From positions 9,035-73,034 of the forward strand of contig CAMBFA010000002.1 in NCBI GenBank assembly GCA_945865325.1: a DNA stretch of 64,000 nucleotides. Direction: 5' to 3'. A program made the position numbers and the translations under genes. Under the pieces are notes generated by a model. The model saw only the letters and a program-made list of their open reading frames with translations. It ran no database searches and had not been told where the DNA came from. How positions within the stretch are numbered: the stretch's first letter is position 1; every line of letters begins with the position of its first letter. The DNA comes from Candidatus Kuenenia stuttgartensis. Lineage in GTDB: Bacteria > Planctomycetota > Planctomycetia > Pirellulales > UBA1268. Positions 42,249 through 51,536 of this stretch are shown here, one piece after another.

Positions 42249-42923
42249 ATGCGCCAGGCACTGATCCTCGGGACGACCAACACCGGTAAGGTGAGGGAGC
42301 TCGTCGCGCTCCTCGAGCCCCACGGCATCCGGGTCGTCTCGCTGCGGGAGTGCCCCGGGGGGGTGACGGTCGAGGAAACGGGGCAGACATTCGCGGAGAA
42401 TGCCGCTCTCAAGGCGAGCCAACAAGCTGTGGCCCTGAAAGCTTGGGTGCTCGCCGAGGACAGCGGCTTGTGCGTCGACGCCCTCGGCGGAGCACCGGGC
42501 ATCCATTCCGCCCGATTTTCCGGCGGCGGAGATGACGCGGCCAACAACCGCCTGCTCCTCGAACGGCTCGGCGGCGTGTCGGCCGCCGCGCGGGGCGCAC
42601 ACTACGCCTGCCACGCCGCCCTGGCCGATCCGCTCGGCACCGTCGTCGCCATCTCCCAGGGGAGCTGCTACGGGCGGATCGCCACCGCGGCCGGTGGCGC
42701 GGGGGGATTCGGGTACGACCCCCTGTTCGTCGTGCCGGAATACCACCGCAGCTTCGGCGAAATCGCCCCGGAGGTGAAGGGCGTGATCAGCCACCGCGCC
42801 CGGGCGATGCGGGCCATCCTTCCGGCTCTTGTGCGGCATCTCGCGCCGTGGCACCGCCGACCGGGGCTGCCGGCAGAGGATCCCTCCTCGGAGTGTGCCC
42901 CAGGGAGAGCCGATGGCGGATGA
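42249..42923 (+). CDS. rdgB: Non-canonical purine NTP pyrophosphatase (RdgB/HAM1)
   Basis: LGTTNTGKVREL, ETGQTFAENAALKA, EDSGLCVDALGGAPGIHSARF, GFGYDPLF, ISHRARA. Confidence 0.92.
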   Translation: MRQALILGTTNTGKVRELVALLEPHGIRVVSLRECPGGVTVEETGQTFAENAALKASQQAVALKAWVLAEDSGLCVDALGGAPGIHSARFSGGGDDAANNRLLLERLGGVSAAARGAHYACHAALADPLGTVVAISQGSCYGRIATAAGGAGGFGYDPLFVVPEYHRSFGEIAPEVKGVISHRARAMRAILPALVRHLAPWHRRPGLPAEDPSSECAPGRADGG

Positions 42924-43974
42924 CGTCGAGAACGTCGTTGGTGCCGTCCATCCGCCCGACGACACCGGCCAACGCCGGGCGGAAACGATCGATTCCGGCG
43001 ACGAACGCCCTGATCCGGTCCGCAGTCGTCTCCTCGAGGAGACAGAAGTCGCCGCACGCCATTGCCGCGAGAAAGTGGGCGTTCATGAGTTGCTCGGCGT
43101 GGGCGCTTTCGGGGAGCACGAGCATCGGCTTGCCGAGTTGCAGCGCCTCGCCGATCAGCTGGTTTCCGGCGGCGGCGACTAAGGCCCGGCAGCCGACGAG
43201 GTCGTCGACGAACCGTCGGCCATCGATCGCGTGGAACGACAGGGTGCCGAACGGCTCCCGCTCCCCGAGGCCGTAGACCCTTACCGGCAGACCGCAATCG
43301 GCCAGGCTCGCCAGGGTGGCAAACGGCGTGTGGCGACGCAGGTAGCTGACGAGGTACCCCCGATCGTCCGGGACGGCGCCGAGCAGATCGCGCCGCAGAA
43401 GCGGGCCGACCTGGACCACATGCTCCCACCCCCGCCGCAGCGGCGGACGGAAGAACGCCGACACGACGGTGTCGGAGGCACCGACCGTGCAGAGCCAGAC
43501 GGCATGCCCCATCAGCCAGGCATGCCACTGGAGCGACCGGGGAAGGACACCGATCTCATAGGCGAGGAGAAAATGCTGGTGATCGACACTCAACAGAGGG
43601 ATGCCCTGGCGGGCACAGGCCCGCGGCAGGCCAGGCTCGAAATCGGTGATCCCCAGATCGGCGCCGAAGGCATCGAGCTCCCTCATGAGCCGATCGGTGA
43701 GCGGACCGAGAACCCGCGCCTGGTAGTCGATCCCGGCCGTGATCGACCGGACGACGTCGAGGCGGCCGCTTGTGTACTGGAACAGCAGGCCCGGGATCTC
43801 CCGCACCTCGACGTTCCCTCCTCGCGAAGGATGGCGGAGCTTTAGAAACGCCAGGGCGTCGGCGGAGGTGTAGACGAGGATCTCGTGCTCTTCGGCGAGG
43901 TGCTCGATGAGCGTGCAGATCCGCGTCGCGTGCCCGCGCCCCTCGCCGCACAAACTGATCGCGATCCTTGCCAT
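42787..43974 (-). CDS. Glycosyltransferase (GT28/MurG-like, MJ1255-type)
   Basis: N-terminus MARIAISLCGEGRGHATRICTLIEHL and C-terminal GNQLIGEALQLGKPMLVLP. Its 3' end overlaps rdgB by 137 bp. Confidence 0.75.
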   Translation of the reverse strand: MARIAISLCGEGRGHATRICTLIEHLAEEHEILVYTSADALAFLKLRHPSRGGNVEVREIPGLLFQYTSGRLDVVRSITAGIDYQARVLGPLTDRLMRELDAFGADLGITDFEPGLPRACARQGIPLLSVDHQHFLLAYEIGVLPRSLQWHAWLMGHAVWLCTVGASDTVVSAFFRPPLRRGWEHVVQVGPLLRRDLLGAVPDDRGYLVSYLRRHTPFATLASLADCGLPVRVYGLGEREPFGTLSFHAIDGRRFVDDLVGCRALVAAAGNQLIGEALQLGKPMLVLPESAHAEQLMNAHFLAAMACGDFCLLEETTADRIRAFVAGIDRFRPALAGVVGRMDGTNDVLDVIRHRLSLGHTPRRDPLPAAPVGGATARDAAQEPEGWPASPGRGG

Positions 43975-44208
43975 GCCGTGACGCCTCCTTCCGATCGTCT
44001 CCGTTGCTCCGCCTCAAAACTCTCCCGGCGCCGCACCTCAGCCCGATTGTGCCGCCCAGGCCAGCTAGCGGCCAGTTGAGCGCGGGCCGGGCGGCAACCG
44101 GGCCGGCGCTTCTGACGCGGGGCTCCTTCGCTTACGATAAAGCTTTGGGGCCAGGCGGAGCCAACCGCGGGTTGCCCAAACACGATATGGTTCCATCATG
44201 AGGGGGCG

Positions 44209-45276
44209 ATGAATACCCTACCCGAGCAGAATCTCCGCCGAATGCGGCCGGCGCCGATCATGCTGCTGCTCCTGTCCCTCTTGATCGCGCTGACCGGCCG
44301 GGAGGCGGCAAGCCAGGACAGCGACCAAAAAGCAGAAGCAAAAGCGGATTCGGAGTCGGATTCGGATTCGGAGGACGATTCGGAGGCTGGCGTCGAGGTC
44401 ATCGCCACGGTGGGGAACGTCCGGCTGACCCGCGCCGATCTCGAAATGGCCTTGCGACGGAGGAGCGGCGGGCGTCAGGTCCCCGCCGATCAGCAGGAGC
44501 GCTTCGTCGGCCAGGCGGTGAGCGAACTCGTCGAACAGGCGCTTCTCCGGGGAGAGATCGCCCGCCGCCGGGTCGAGGTGACCGACGAAGAGATCAATGA
44601 CCGGGTCGCCCAACTCTCCGCGGAGCTTTCCACCCGGCAATCGAGCCTCAACGAGTTCCTTGCCACCGCGGGGCTGGATCTCGACGGACTCCGCGAGCAG
44701 ATGCGGTTTGACATCGCTGTGCCGAAGCTCATCATGCCGATGATCACCGAGGATCACATCCGGCAGGTGACCGCCCTGCACCGGTACGATTTCGACGGCA
44801 CCCGGATGCGCGCCAGCCACATCATTCTGCGGCCCGACGCCAGCGCAGGCCCCGAGGCCGTCGCCGCGATGCTCTCCCGCGCCGAGAAGATCCGCGCCGG
44901 GATCCTCGCCGAGGAGATGACGTTCGCCGAAGCAGCCGAGCGGTATTCGGCCGGTCCGAGTCGGCAGCGGGGAGGGGACCTCGGCTTCCTCCCGCGGCAC
45001 GGACTGCTCACCGAGGAGTTTTCCTCCCAGGTGTTCAAACTCATCAAGGGGGAGGTCTCGAAGCCGTTTGTGACGCCCTACGGGGTCCATCTCGCCAAGG
45101 TCACCGACGTCGATCCAGGCACGGTCGAACCGGAGGCTTTCCGTCAACAGATCGGGCAAATCGCCTTCCAAAAGGTACTCCAGGCTTTCCTCCTCCAGTG
45201 TCAGAAGAAGACCCCGATCGAGCTCAAGCCCGGGATCATGGCGATCGATCATCGTGCCCCCGGGGCTCGGCCATAG
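44209..45276 (+). CDS. Parvulin-type peptidyl-prolyl isomerase (SurA/PrsA-like), secreted
   Basis: Signal peptide, acidic DSESDSDSEDDSE linker. PpiC domain RASHIILRP...GGDLGFLPRHGLLTEEFSSQVFKLIKGEVSKPFVTPYGVHLAKV. Confidence 0.85.
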   Translation: MNTLPEQNLRRMRPAPIMLLLLSLLIALTGREAASQDSDQKAEAKADSESDSDSEDDSEAGVEVIATVGNVRLTRADLEMALRRRSGGRQVPADQQERFVGQAVSELVEQALLRGEIARRRVEVTDEEINDRVAQLSAELSTRQSSLNEFLATAGLDLDGLREQMRFDIAVPKLIMPMITEDHIRQVTALHRYDFDGTRMRASHIILRPDASAGPEAVAAMLSRAEKIRAGILAEEMTFAEAAERYSAGPSRQRGGDLGFLPRHGLLTEEFSSQVFKLIKGEVSKPFVTPYGVHLAKVTDVDPGTVEPEAFRQQIGQIAFQKVLQAFLLQCQKKTPIELKPGIMAIDHRAPGARP

Positions 45277-45502
45277 TCGCGGGACGCATGTCGCCACCCC
45301 CGGCGGACCCGCCAATCCTGGAGCGTTTTCGCCACCCACGGCGTTCCCGGTGGGGTCCACGGAGACGATTCCATTCAGGATTGTCACCATCGGGCCGGGC
45401 GGCTACCTTTCTGGCCCCCGCACCCTCTCGACGGGTCTGGGGAACGGCCTCCTGACCGGTCATTCCGACCTGGGCCGCCGTCGTTCGGACGCCAATTCCG
45501 CC

Positions 45503-46078
45503 ATGAAGCTGCGCTCCGCCCTGCTCATCGCATGTCTGATTGTGGTCCCACTCCTGGCCATGGTCTCACACAAGATTCCCGCCACGACCCGCGCGGCCGT
45601 AAGGGAGAAGCTCTGGAGCCCGATTGTCAGGGCGCTCTCGCCGGCCGCGGTTCAGCCAGCGACCGCCGTGCCCGCCGCGGGGGAGCCCACGCCATCGATC
45701 GATCCTTTCTCAAGGCCGTGGGAGCACTCCCCCCCCTCCCCGCCGACGGCTGCCCCTCCGACCATCCTCGTCGGTGCCGAATCGTCGCTGTCGATCGGGG
45801 AGGCCAACGGTCGAGAATCGCTCGAGGTACGACTCCGGGCCCTGGGGGCCACGCAGATCGATTGGACACCGGCCCAGGGGGGCGACGGACTCCACCGCTG
45901 CAGCTGCCGGATTCCGGCCGAACCGACCGGACAACTCCATCGGGTCTTCCAGGCGGCCGCCGCCGACCCCCTGGTGGCCCTCGACAATCTCGTCGGCCAG
46001 GTATCCGCCTGGTCGCTGCGCACCGGGGGCGCTGCCGAGGGGGGGATGGCAGCGGGCGCACCCATGCCGCGCCGTTGA
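45503..46078 (+). CDS. Hypothetical membrane-anchored/secreted protein
   Basis: ATG 45503 gives MKLRSALLIACLIVVPLLAMV. The listed ORF (45254) overlaps the PPIase 3' end. Confidence 0.5.
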   Translation: MKLRSALLIACLIVVPLLAMVSHKIPATTRAAVREKLWSPIVRALSPAAVQPATAVPAAGEPTPSIDPFSRPWEHSPPSPPTAAPPTILVGAESSLSIGEANGRESLEVRLRALGATQIDWTPAQGGDGLHRCSCRIPAEPTGQLHRVFQAAAADPLVALDNLVGQVSAWSLRTGGAAEGGMAAGAPMPRR

Positions 46079-46106
46079 GGAACGGAAGGCGGGAAATCGC
46101 GCCGTG

Positions 46107-46847
46107 ATGCTCCACTGTCGCTCTTCGAACCGTCTTCCCGACCTGTTCCGGCACCGCGCCGCGGCGGGCCGCGGGCCGCGTCCTTCCCTCACTCCGATCC
46201 GTCGCCAGCGGCTGCCGAAGCCCCTGTCCCTCGCTCCCGCACCCCGGGCCGTAGCCGAACCCGGGCCCCACGCCCGCTCGGACGAACTGGCGCGCCTCGA
46301 GGCAGCACTTTTCACCGCTCGGGAACCCCTTTCCACCCGCCGGCTGGCGAAGCTCGCCCGGTTGTCCGACGGAACCCGCGCCCGGGCCCTCCTGCGGGAA
46401 TTGGCGGCGCTCCAGGATGCCAGCGGCAGCGCGATCCGGGTCGAGCCGATCGCCGGGGGATTCCAACTTCTGACGCGGACGCCGTTCGGGCCCTGGGTGC
46501 GCCGGCTCCTGACGACCCCGGCCGAAAACCGTCTTTCCGCCGCCGCCCTCGAGACGCTGGCAATCGTTGCCTACCGGCAGCCGGTTACCCGGGCCGAGAT
46601 CGAATCGATCCGCGGGGTCGGTTGCGAGGAGATGCTCCGGCAGCTGATGGAACGGGATCTGATCGCCGTCGGCGGGAGGACCGAGGAAATCGGTCGTCCG
46701 AACGTCTATCAGACCTCGAAGCGGTTTCTTCGCGCTTTTGGCCTCTCCCGGATCGAGGACCTCCCCGCCATCGGCCCGATCGGGATGCCGGCAGCGGTGG
46801 CGGAAGGAGGGGACGCCAGAGAGGAAACCGCGGGTCCGGAGGCGTGA
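46107..46847 (+). CDS. scpB: Segregation and condensation protein B
   Basis: LARLEAALFTAREPLSTRRLAKL...AALETLAIVAYRQPVTRAEIESIRGV...RTEEIGRPNVYQTSKRFLRAFGL. In-frame ATG 46107 follows the upstream stop. The listed 45624 start is inside the previous gene. Confidence 0.88.
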   Translation: MLHCRSSNRLPDLFRHRAAAGRGPRPSLTPIRRQRLPKPLSLAPAPRAVAEPGPHARSDELARLEAALFTAREPLSTRRLAKLARLSDGTRARALLRELAALQDASGSAIRVEPIAGGFQLLTRTPFGPWVRRLLTTPAENRLSAAALETLAIVAYRQPVTRAEIESIRGVGCEEMLRQLMERDLIAVGGRTEEIGRPNVYQTSKRFLRAFGLSRIEDLPAIGPIGMPAAVAEGGDAREETAGPEA

Positions 46848-47251
46848 ACAGCCCCCTCGTCCGGGCGGACTGACATCACTTTCATCTCCATCGGACCGCT
46901 TGCACTCGGCCGAGCCTGCCGCCACACTTTGCCTTCCAAACGGGCTGCGGCGGAGGAGCCGCCCCGGCCAGGTTGATGTTTTTTTTTACGAAGGTTGGAT
47001 CATTCCGCACGATCGGGTACAGAATTGTGCGGAGGATTCTGCCGATACACCGACGACTGATCGGAGACATCCCCGAACAGACGCCGTTCCCCGGACGGCG
47101 CGATTCCGGGAAACATCGAGGAATTGCACCTACGGACCGTCACGGAATCATGGCACCAACACCGACAACTCAACGTGGATCGTTACCGTCTGACCGTTCA
47201 CCGTCCGTCGCAGGGCCGGCGAACAGACTCAAGCTCAAGGGAGGTTTTTCA

Positions 47252-47683
47252 GTGACCAGCGTTGCGAGGCCCAGGGGATCCCGAAGCGTGTTGAACTCCG
47301 ACGTCTTTTGCTGGGATGAACTTCCCGATTTGCTCGCCGCCGAGGAGCTCTTCGAGATGGCCGGCGGCCGAACCCCGTCGCCACTCGTCGCCAAGGACGA
47401 AGACGAGGACGAGGAGGACGACCTCGAGGATGATGACGAAGACGATGACGAGGAGGATGAGGACGATCTCGAGGATGACGACTGGGAAGAGGTCGAGGAC
47501 GACGACGACGACGAGGAAGAAGACGAAGACGAAGAGGAAGACGAGGAAGAAGAAGAGGACAAAGACGACAAAGACGACAAAGAGGAAGAAGACGAAGAGG
47601 ACGACGACGAAGATTGGGAGGATGATGACGAGGAGTGGGAGGATGACGACGAGGAGGAAGAGGAAGAGGACGAAGAGGACTGA
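47252..47683 (+). CDS. Extremely acidic 143-aa protein (poly-D/E C-terminal tail)
   Basis: GTG 47252 lies 7 nt after AGGGAGG. By my count of the supplied translation, 86 of the last 96 residues are D or E, interrupted only by L, W, V, K. The N-terminal 47 aa include DVFCWDELPDLLAAEELFEM. In-frame starts at 46973, 47150 and 47358 cannot be excluded. Confidence 0.6.
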   Translation: MTSVARPRGSRSVLNSDVFCWDELPDLLAAEELFEMAGGRTPSPLVAKDEDEDEEDDLEDDDEDDDEEDEDDLEDDDWEEVEDDDDDEEEDEDEEEDEEEEEDKDDKDDKEEEDEEDDDEDWEDDDEEWEDDDEEEEEEDEED

Positions 47684-47751
47684 AACCCGCTCCCGGTGAT
47701 GCCACCACCACCGGGTAGCGCCCGACGCTTCGCCTCAACAGCGATACACGA

Positions 47752-47787
47752 CCCTGTCGACGCCGATCGCGTCTCCAGGGTTTTTTT
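47752..47787 (+). terminator. Rho-independent terminator of the acidic-protein gene
   Basis: CCCTG-tc-GACGC-cgatc-GCGTC-tc-CAGGG followed immediately by T7 (47781-47787). Confidence 0.75.
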
Positions 47788-47903
47788 GCCCACGATCCCT
47801 ATTCGTGGCCTCCCTGTCCCTCGGCTGCCGACGTTTTTCGGAGGAGTTCTTCCGTGACGACGAGAGCCATGCCCCTGCCCGGGCTGCCGGCGGGGAGGGT
47901 CTG

Positions 47904-49220
47904 TCATCGGGCCGGGGCAGGCTCCGCTGCGGCCGACGGTGCCCCACCACCGACGATCTGGAGGGCGATCCGACGCCCGGCGCGGTCAACCTCGAGCGCC
48001 GGGGCCTCGCCCGCGGCCGCCATCCGCCGGAGCATCGTCTCCTGATTCCCGACCGGCTCGCCGTCGATGGCGAGGATCCGGTCTCCGCAGTGCAGGCCGG
48101 CCTGATCGAGGGGCGAGTCAGGTACGACGCGGACGACCACCGGAGCCTGGGGATCACCGGCATCGGCTCGGGTGCTCATCCCCCATCGGCCCCGGGGCGA
48201 TCCCGGCGGTAGCGGGAGGACACGCTCGAGCGCGTCGCGATGGGCGTTTTTCTCGCGCCGACTGGCGTCGCGGAAGGGGGGGAGCGCAGCGGGCGCGTCA
48301 GCCACGGTGGTGACTACCTCGAGGGCCAGTCGCGCCACCCTCTCGACGCCCGCCGTGTCGACCAACTGCACGTCGTCGCTGGGGCGGTGGTATTCGTCAT
48401 GGAGCCCGGTGTGGAGCATGACCGTGGCAACGCGCGACTCGATGAACGGGAAGTGGTCGGAATCATCGGCAATGTCCCAGTCAATGACGAGCTCCAGCCC
48501 CGTCTCCCGGTTCGCCTCGACGAGCATCCGCCGCAGGCCGGTCATCGTCCTGGCACCGTAGACCTCGACGCGATCCCCCCGTAGCCGGCCGATCATGTCG
48601 AGATTGACCGCGAACACAGGCCGCTGGTCGCGGAGTGGCTTCGGCCGGACACGCAGAAAGTGCCACGACCCAAGCAGCCCCTTCTCCTCGCCGTCCCAGA
48701 ACGCCACGAGGATCGGGCGACGCGGTTTCACTGGCATGCTCCCGAGCACCTGGGCGATCTCCAGCACCCCGGCCACCCCCGAGGCGTTGTCGTCGGCGCC
48801 GTTGTGGATGAGCCCCGTCGGGCCGTAGCTGTTGGCGGCGGTCCCGTAACCGACATGGTCGTAGTGGGCCCCCACCACGACGAGCTCCCGTTCGCAAGCC
48901 GGATCACTCCCCGGCACGAGGGCAAGGATGTTCCGCATCGCGCCGAATCGCTGGAAGTAGGTCCCGTCGTCCCCAGCCGGCTCGATTCCCGCCGCGCGGA
49001 GCGCTTCGACGATGTAGGCCCCGGCGGCCCGGCCCCCACGGCTCCCCCCTTCCCTCCCCTCAAAGGCATCGTCGGCGAGGGCGGCCACATGACGGCCGGC
49101 ATCGGCCGCATCGATCACCGCCGCGGCGTCGGCAGCATGACCCCGTTTCCCTCCGGACGAACCGGCAGACAGGATCGCCCCTGCCAGGGCGACCGCCGAC
49201 AAGACCTTCCGCAGCTCCAT
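47904..49220 (-). CDS. M28-family zinc aminopeptidase with C-terminal PDZ domain, secreted
   Basis: VGAHYDHVGYG, NGADDNASGVAGVLE, FWDGEEKGLLGS, SDHFPF. PDZ VVVRVVPDSPLDQAGLHCGDRILAIDGEPV. ATG 49220 gives signal peptide MELRKVLSAVALAGAILSAG. Confidence 0.88.
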   Translation of the reverse strand: MELRKVLSAVALAGAILSAGSSGGKRGHAADAAAVIDAADAGRHVAALADDAFEGREGGSRGGRAAGAYIVEALRAAGIEPAGDDGTYFQRFGAMRNILALVPGSDPACERELVVVGAHYDHVGYGTAANSYGPTGLIHNGADDNASGVAGVLEIAQVLGSMPVKPRRPILVAFWDGEEKGLLGSWHFLRVRPKPLRDQRPVFAVNLDMIGRLRGDRVEVYGARTMTGLRRMLVEANRETGLELVIDWDIADDSDHFPFIESRVATVMLHTGLHDEYHRPSDDVQLVDTAGVERVARLALEVVTTVADAPAALPPFRDASRREKNAHRDALERVLPLPPGSPRGRWGMSTRADAGDPQAPVVVRVVPDSPLDQAGLHCGDRILAIDGEPVGNQETMLRRMAAAGEAPALEVDRAGRRIALQIVGGGAPSAAAEPAPAR

Positions 49221-49421
49221 GGATGGCAACGCTCCGATGAACGTGGACGCTTCCCGCCCAACACACCCCCACAACAAGGGGGTTCCGTAAGGGCGGTTCG
49301 CGACCCACAATGGCACCGCCAGTGGACTTCGCTCTAGGAGCGACGGCAAGAGCGACGGCAAGATGCGTGCGGAGATCATCCGGACCCACCTCTGCCGGAG
49401 CGGTTTTCCTCCGCTGGGTGA

Positions 49422-49511
49422 GGAGAGGTGGCAGAGCGGTCGAATGCGCGTCTTTGCTAAAGACGTGTCCGGTCAAAAGCTGGACCGCGGGTTCGAATCC
49501 CGCCCTCTCCG
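49422..49511 (+). tRNA. tRNA-Ser (anticodon GCT), long variable arm
   Basis: Acceptor GGAGAGG/CCTCTCC, anticodon stem CGTCT/AGACG with loop TTGCTAA, T-arm GCGGG-TTCGAAT-CCCGC. Confidence 0.92.
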
Positions 49512-49528
49512 TTGAATTGTGAACAGGC

Positions 49529-51493
49529 ATGAACGACGCTGCACGCGGGGATTCTTCCGCCCGGGAACGCCGTCTCACGGCCTGCAACCGGGACTGCCCT
49601 GATGCCTGCGGGATCGTGGCCACGGTCGAGGAGGGGCGGATCACCCGCCTCGCCGGCGACCCGGCCCATCCGGTGACGCGCGGCTTCCTCTGCCACCGCA
49701 CCAGCCGGTTCCTGGAGCGTCAGTACGCCCCGGACCGGCTCACCTCCCCGCTGCGTCGCGACGGTGACTCGTTCGTGCCGGTTTCCTGGGAGGAAGCCCT
49801 CGACGACATCGCCGGCCGGCTCTTGGAGATCCGGGCGGAATCGGGTCCGGCCGCGATCCTCGCCTACCGCTGCGGCGGCTCGATGGGGATTCTTAAAAGC
49901 GTCGTCGACTTCTTCTTCGAACGCTTCGGGCCGGTGACCGTCAAGTCGGGGGATGTCTGCACCGGCGCCGGTGATGCCGCCCAGATGACCGACTTCGGCG
50001 ACGAGGACAGCCACGATTTTTTTGATCCCACCCGGTCGCGGACAATCATCCTGTGGGGGAAAAACCTCCACGTCTCGAGCGTCCATCTGATCCCCGTGCT
50101 CCTCGAAGCCCGGTCCCGGGGGGCGAGGCTCGTCTCTGTCGACCCGGTCCGCCACAAGACTGCGGCGATGTGCGATCTGTTCGTGCAGCCACGCCCGGGG
50201 GGTGACATCGCGCTGGCGCTGGGGGTAGCGCGGCGGATGTTCGAGGCGGGTACGACCGACCCCCGCGCTTCCGACTACTGCGACCACCTGGATGAGTTCC
50301 TCGCCCTGGCCCGCTCCCGCAGTGTGGAGACGTGGGCTGAATTGGCCGGTGTGCCCTTGGCGTCGCTCGAGGCCCTCGCCGACGCCTACGCCATCCGCCC
50401 CGCCGCGCTCCACATCGGCTGGGGCCTCCAGCGCCGCCGCCACGGCTCGGCGACCGTGCGTGTCCTCGACGCCCTGGGGGCCGTCTCTGGCAACCTCGGC
50501 ATCCCCGGCGGGGGCGTGTCGTATTACACGAAACGGCGTGGAGCCTTCGATTTGTCGTTCGCCCGGCGCGACGAGGTGGCCCCCCGCCTCCTCCCCGAGG
50601 CCTGCCTGGGGCGTGCCATCCTCGAGGCGAGCGATCCTCCGATCCGCGCTGTCTGGATCAGCTCCGCCAATCCGGTGGCGATGCTGCCTGAATCACGGAC
50701 CGTTGCCGCGGCGCTGGCAGGGCGAGAGCTGACGGTTGTCGTCGATTCCTTCCTCACCGACACTGCCCGCCTGGCGCACTACGTCCTCCCCACGACGACG
50801 TTGCTCGAGGAGGATGACCTCCTCGGGGCCTACGGGCACCATTGGCTCGTCGAATCGCGTCCTGTCGTGCCACCCCCGCCGGGGGTGAAAAGTGATCTCG
50901 ACATCATCCGCGCTCTCGCTGATCGAACCGGCCTCGGAGACGCGTTCTCCGCCGACGCCGATACCTGGAAGCGGCGCGTCCTGGGGAAGGTGGCCGATCG
51001 CGGCGCGTCGCTCGATGATCTGCGACGCGGCCCGGTCAGAAACCCTCTCGCCCCGACCCTGATGTATCCCGACCGCGTCTTCCCCACCCCCACCGGGAAG
51101 GTGAACCTCGTCCACGACGTTCCCCTCGACGCCCCGCGGGGGACAGCCCTGCGCCCCCTGCTCCTGATGGCGCTGGCCACCGAACGGGCGCAGGGATCGC
51201 AGTGGCTCCCGGCCCAGCAGGAGGGCCCGGCGACGGCCACGGTCCACCCCGCCGCCGCGGCCGGCTTCGCCGTGGGTGACCTGGCGAGGCTGGAGTCAGA
51301 GATCGCGGAGATCGTCGTCCGGCTGGCATTCGACCCGCGACAGCGGCCCGATGTGGTGCTCATGGAGAAGGGGGGATGGTTGAGTGCCGGCCGGTGTGCC
51401 AACGCGCTGATCCGTGGCGAGGAGACCGACGCCGGCGGCTGTGCGGTTTACCATGACACCCCCGTTCGACTCCTCCAGATGGTCCCTGACTGA
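49529..51493 (+). CDS. Molybdopterin-dependent oxidoreductase (MopB superfamily), substrate unknown
   Basis: N-terminal Fe-S motif CNRDCPDACG...C. ILWGKN and SVDP-type molybdopterin-binding segments. C-terminal barrel domain. 654 aa. Confidence 0.8.
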   Translation: MNDAARGDSSARERRLTACNRDCPDACGIVATVEEGRITRLAGDPAHPVTRGFLCHRTSRFLERQYAPDRLTSPLRRDGDSFVPVSWEEALDDIAGRLLEIRAESGPAAILAYRCGGSMGILKSVVDFFFERFGPVTVKSGDVCTGAGDAAQMTDFGDEDSHDFFDPTRSRTIILWGKNLHVSSVHLIPVLLEARSRGARLVSVDPVRHKTAAMCDLFVQPRPGGDIALALGVARRMFEAGTTDPRASDYCDHLDEFLALARSRSVETWAELAGVPLASLEALADAYAIRPAALHIGWGLQRRRHGSATVRVLDALGAVSGNLGIPGGGVSYYTKRRGAFDLSFARRDEVAPRLLPEACLGRAILEASDPPIRAVWISSANPVAMLPESRTVAAALAGRELTVVVDSFLTDTARLAHYVLPTTTLLEEDDLLGAYGHHWLVESRPVVPPPPGVKSDLDIIRALADRTGLGDAFSADADTWKRRVLGKVADRGASLDDLRRGPVRNPLAPTLMYPDRVFPTPTGKVNLVHDVPLDAPRGTALRPLLLMALATERAQGSQWLPAQQEGPATATVHPAAAAGFAVGDLARLESEIAEIVVRLAFDPRQRPDVVLMEKGGWLSAGRCANALIRGEETDAGGCAVYHDTPVRLLQMVPD

Positions 51494-51536
51494 AGCCCGC
51501 TTCCGCAGACGCCCCGTTTCCCGCCGAGGATCAGCC

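Noticed and set aside
42787-42923. 137-bp convergent overlap of the rdgB and glycosyltransferase 3' ends
   Set aside because: Both proteins appear functionally complete before the overlap (rdgB after SHRARA..., the GT after ...VLDVIRHRL). The tails are low-complexity read-on caused by scarce stop codons. There is no sign of a functional antisense arrangement.
44335-44395. GATTCGGA-type nucleotide repeats near the 5' end of the PPIase gene
   Set aside because: They lie in-frame inside the CDS and simply encode the acidic linker DSESDSDSEDDSE after the signal peptide.
47170-47907. 245-aa minus-strand ORF with long poly-Ser run
   Set aside because: It is the reverse complement of the GA[CGAT]-rich poly-D/E coding tract. 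The plus-strand gene has an SD and a downstream terminator. The minus-strand ORF has neither.
49422-49529. tRNA-Ser as a possible integration hotspot or island boundary
   Set aside because: There is no integrase, no direct repeat of the tRNA 3' end and no compositional break. An ordinary oxidoreductase gene starts 17 nt downstream.
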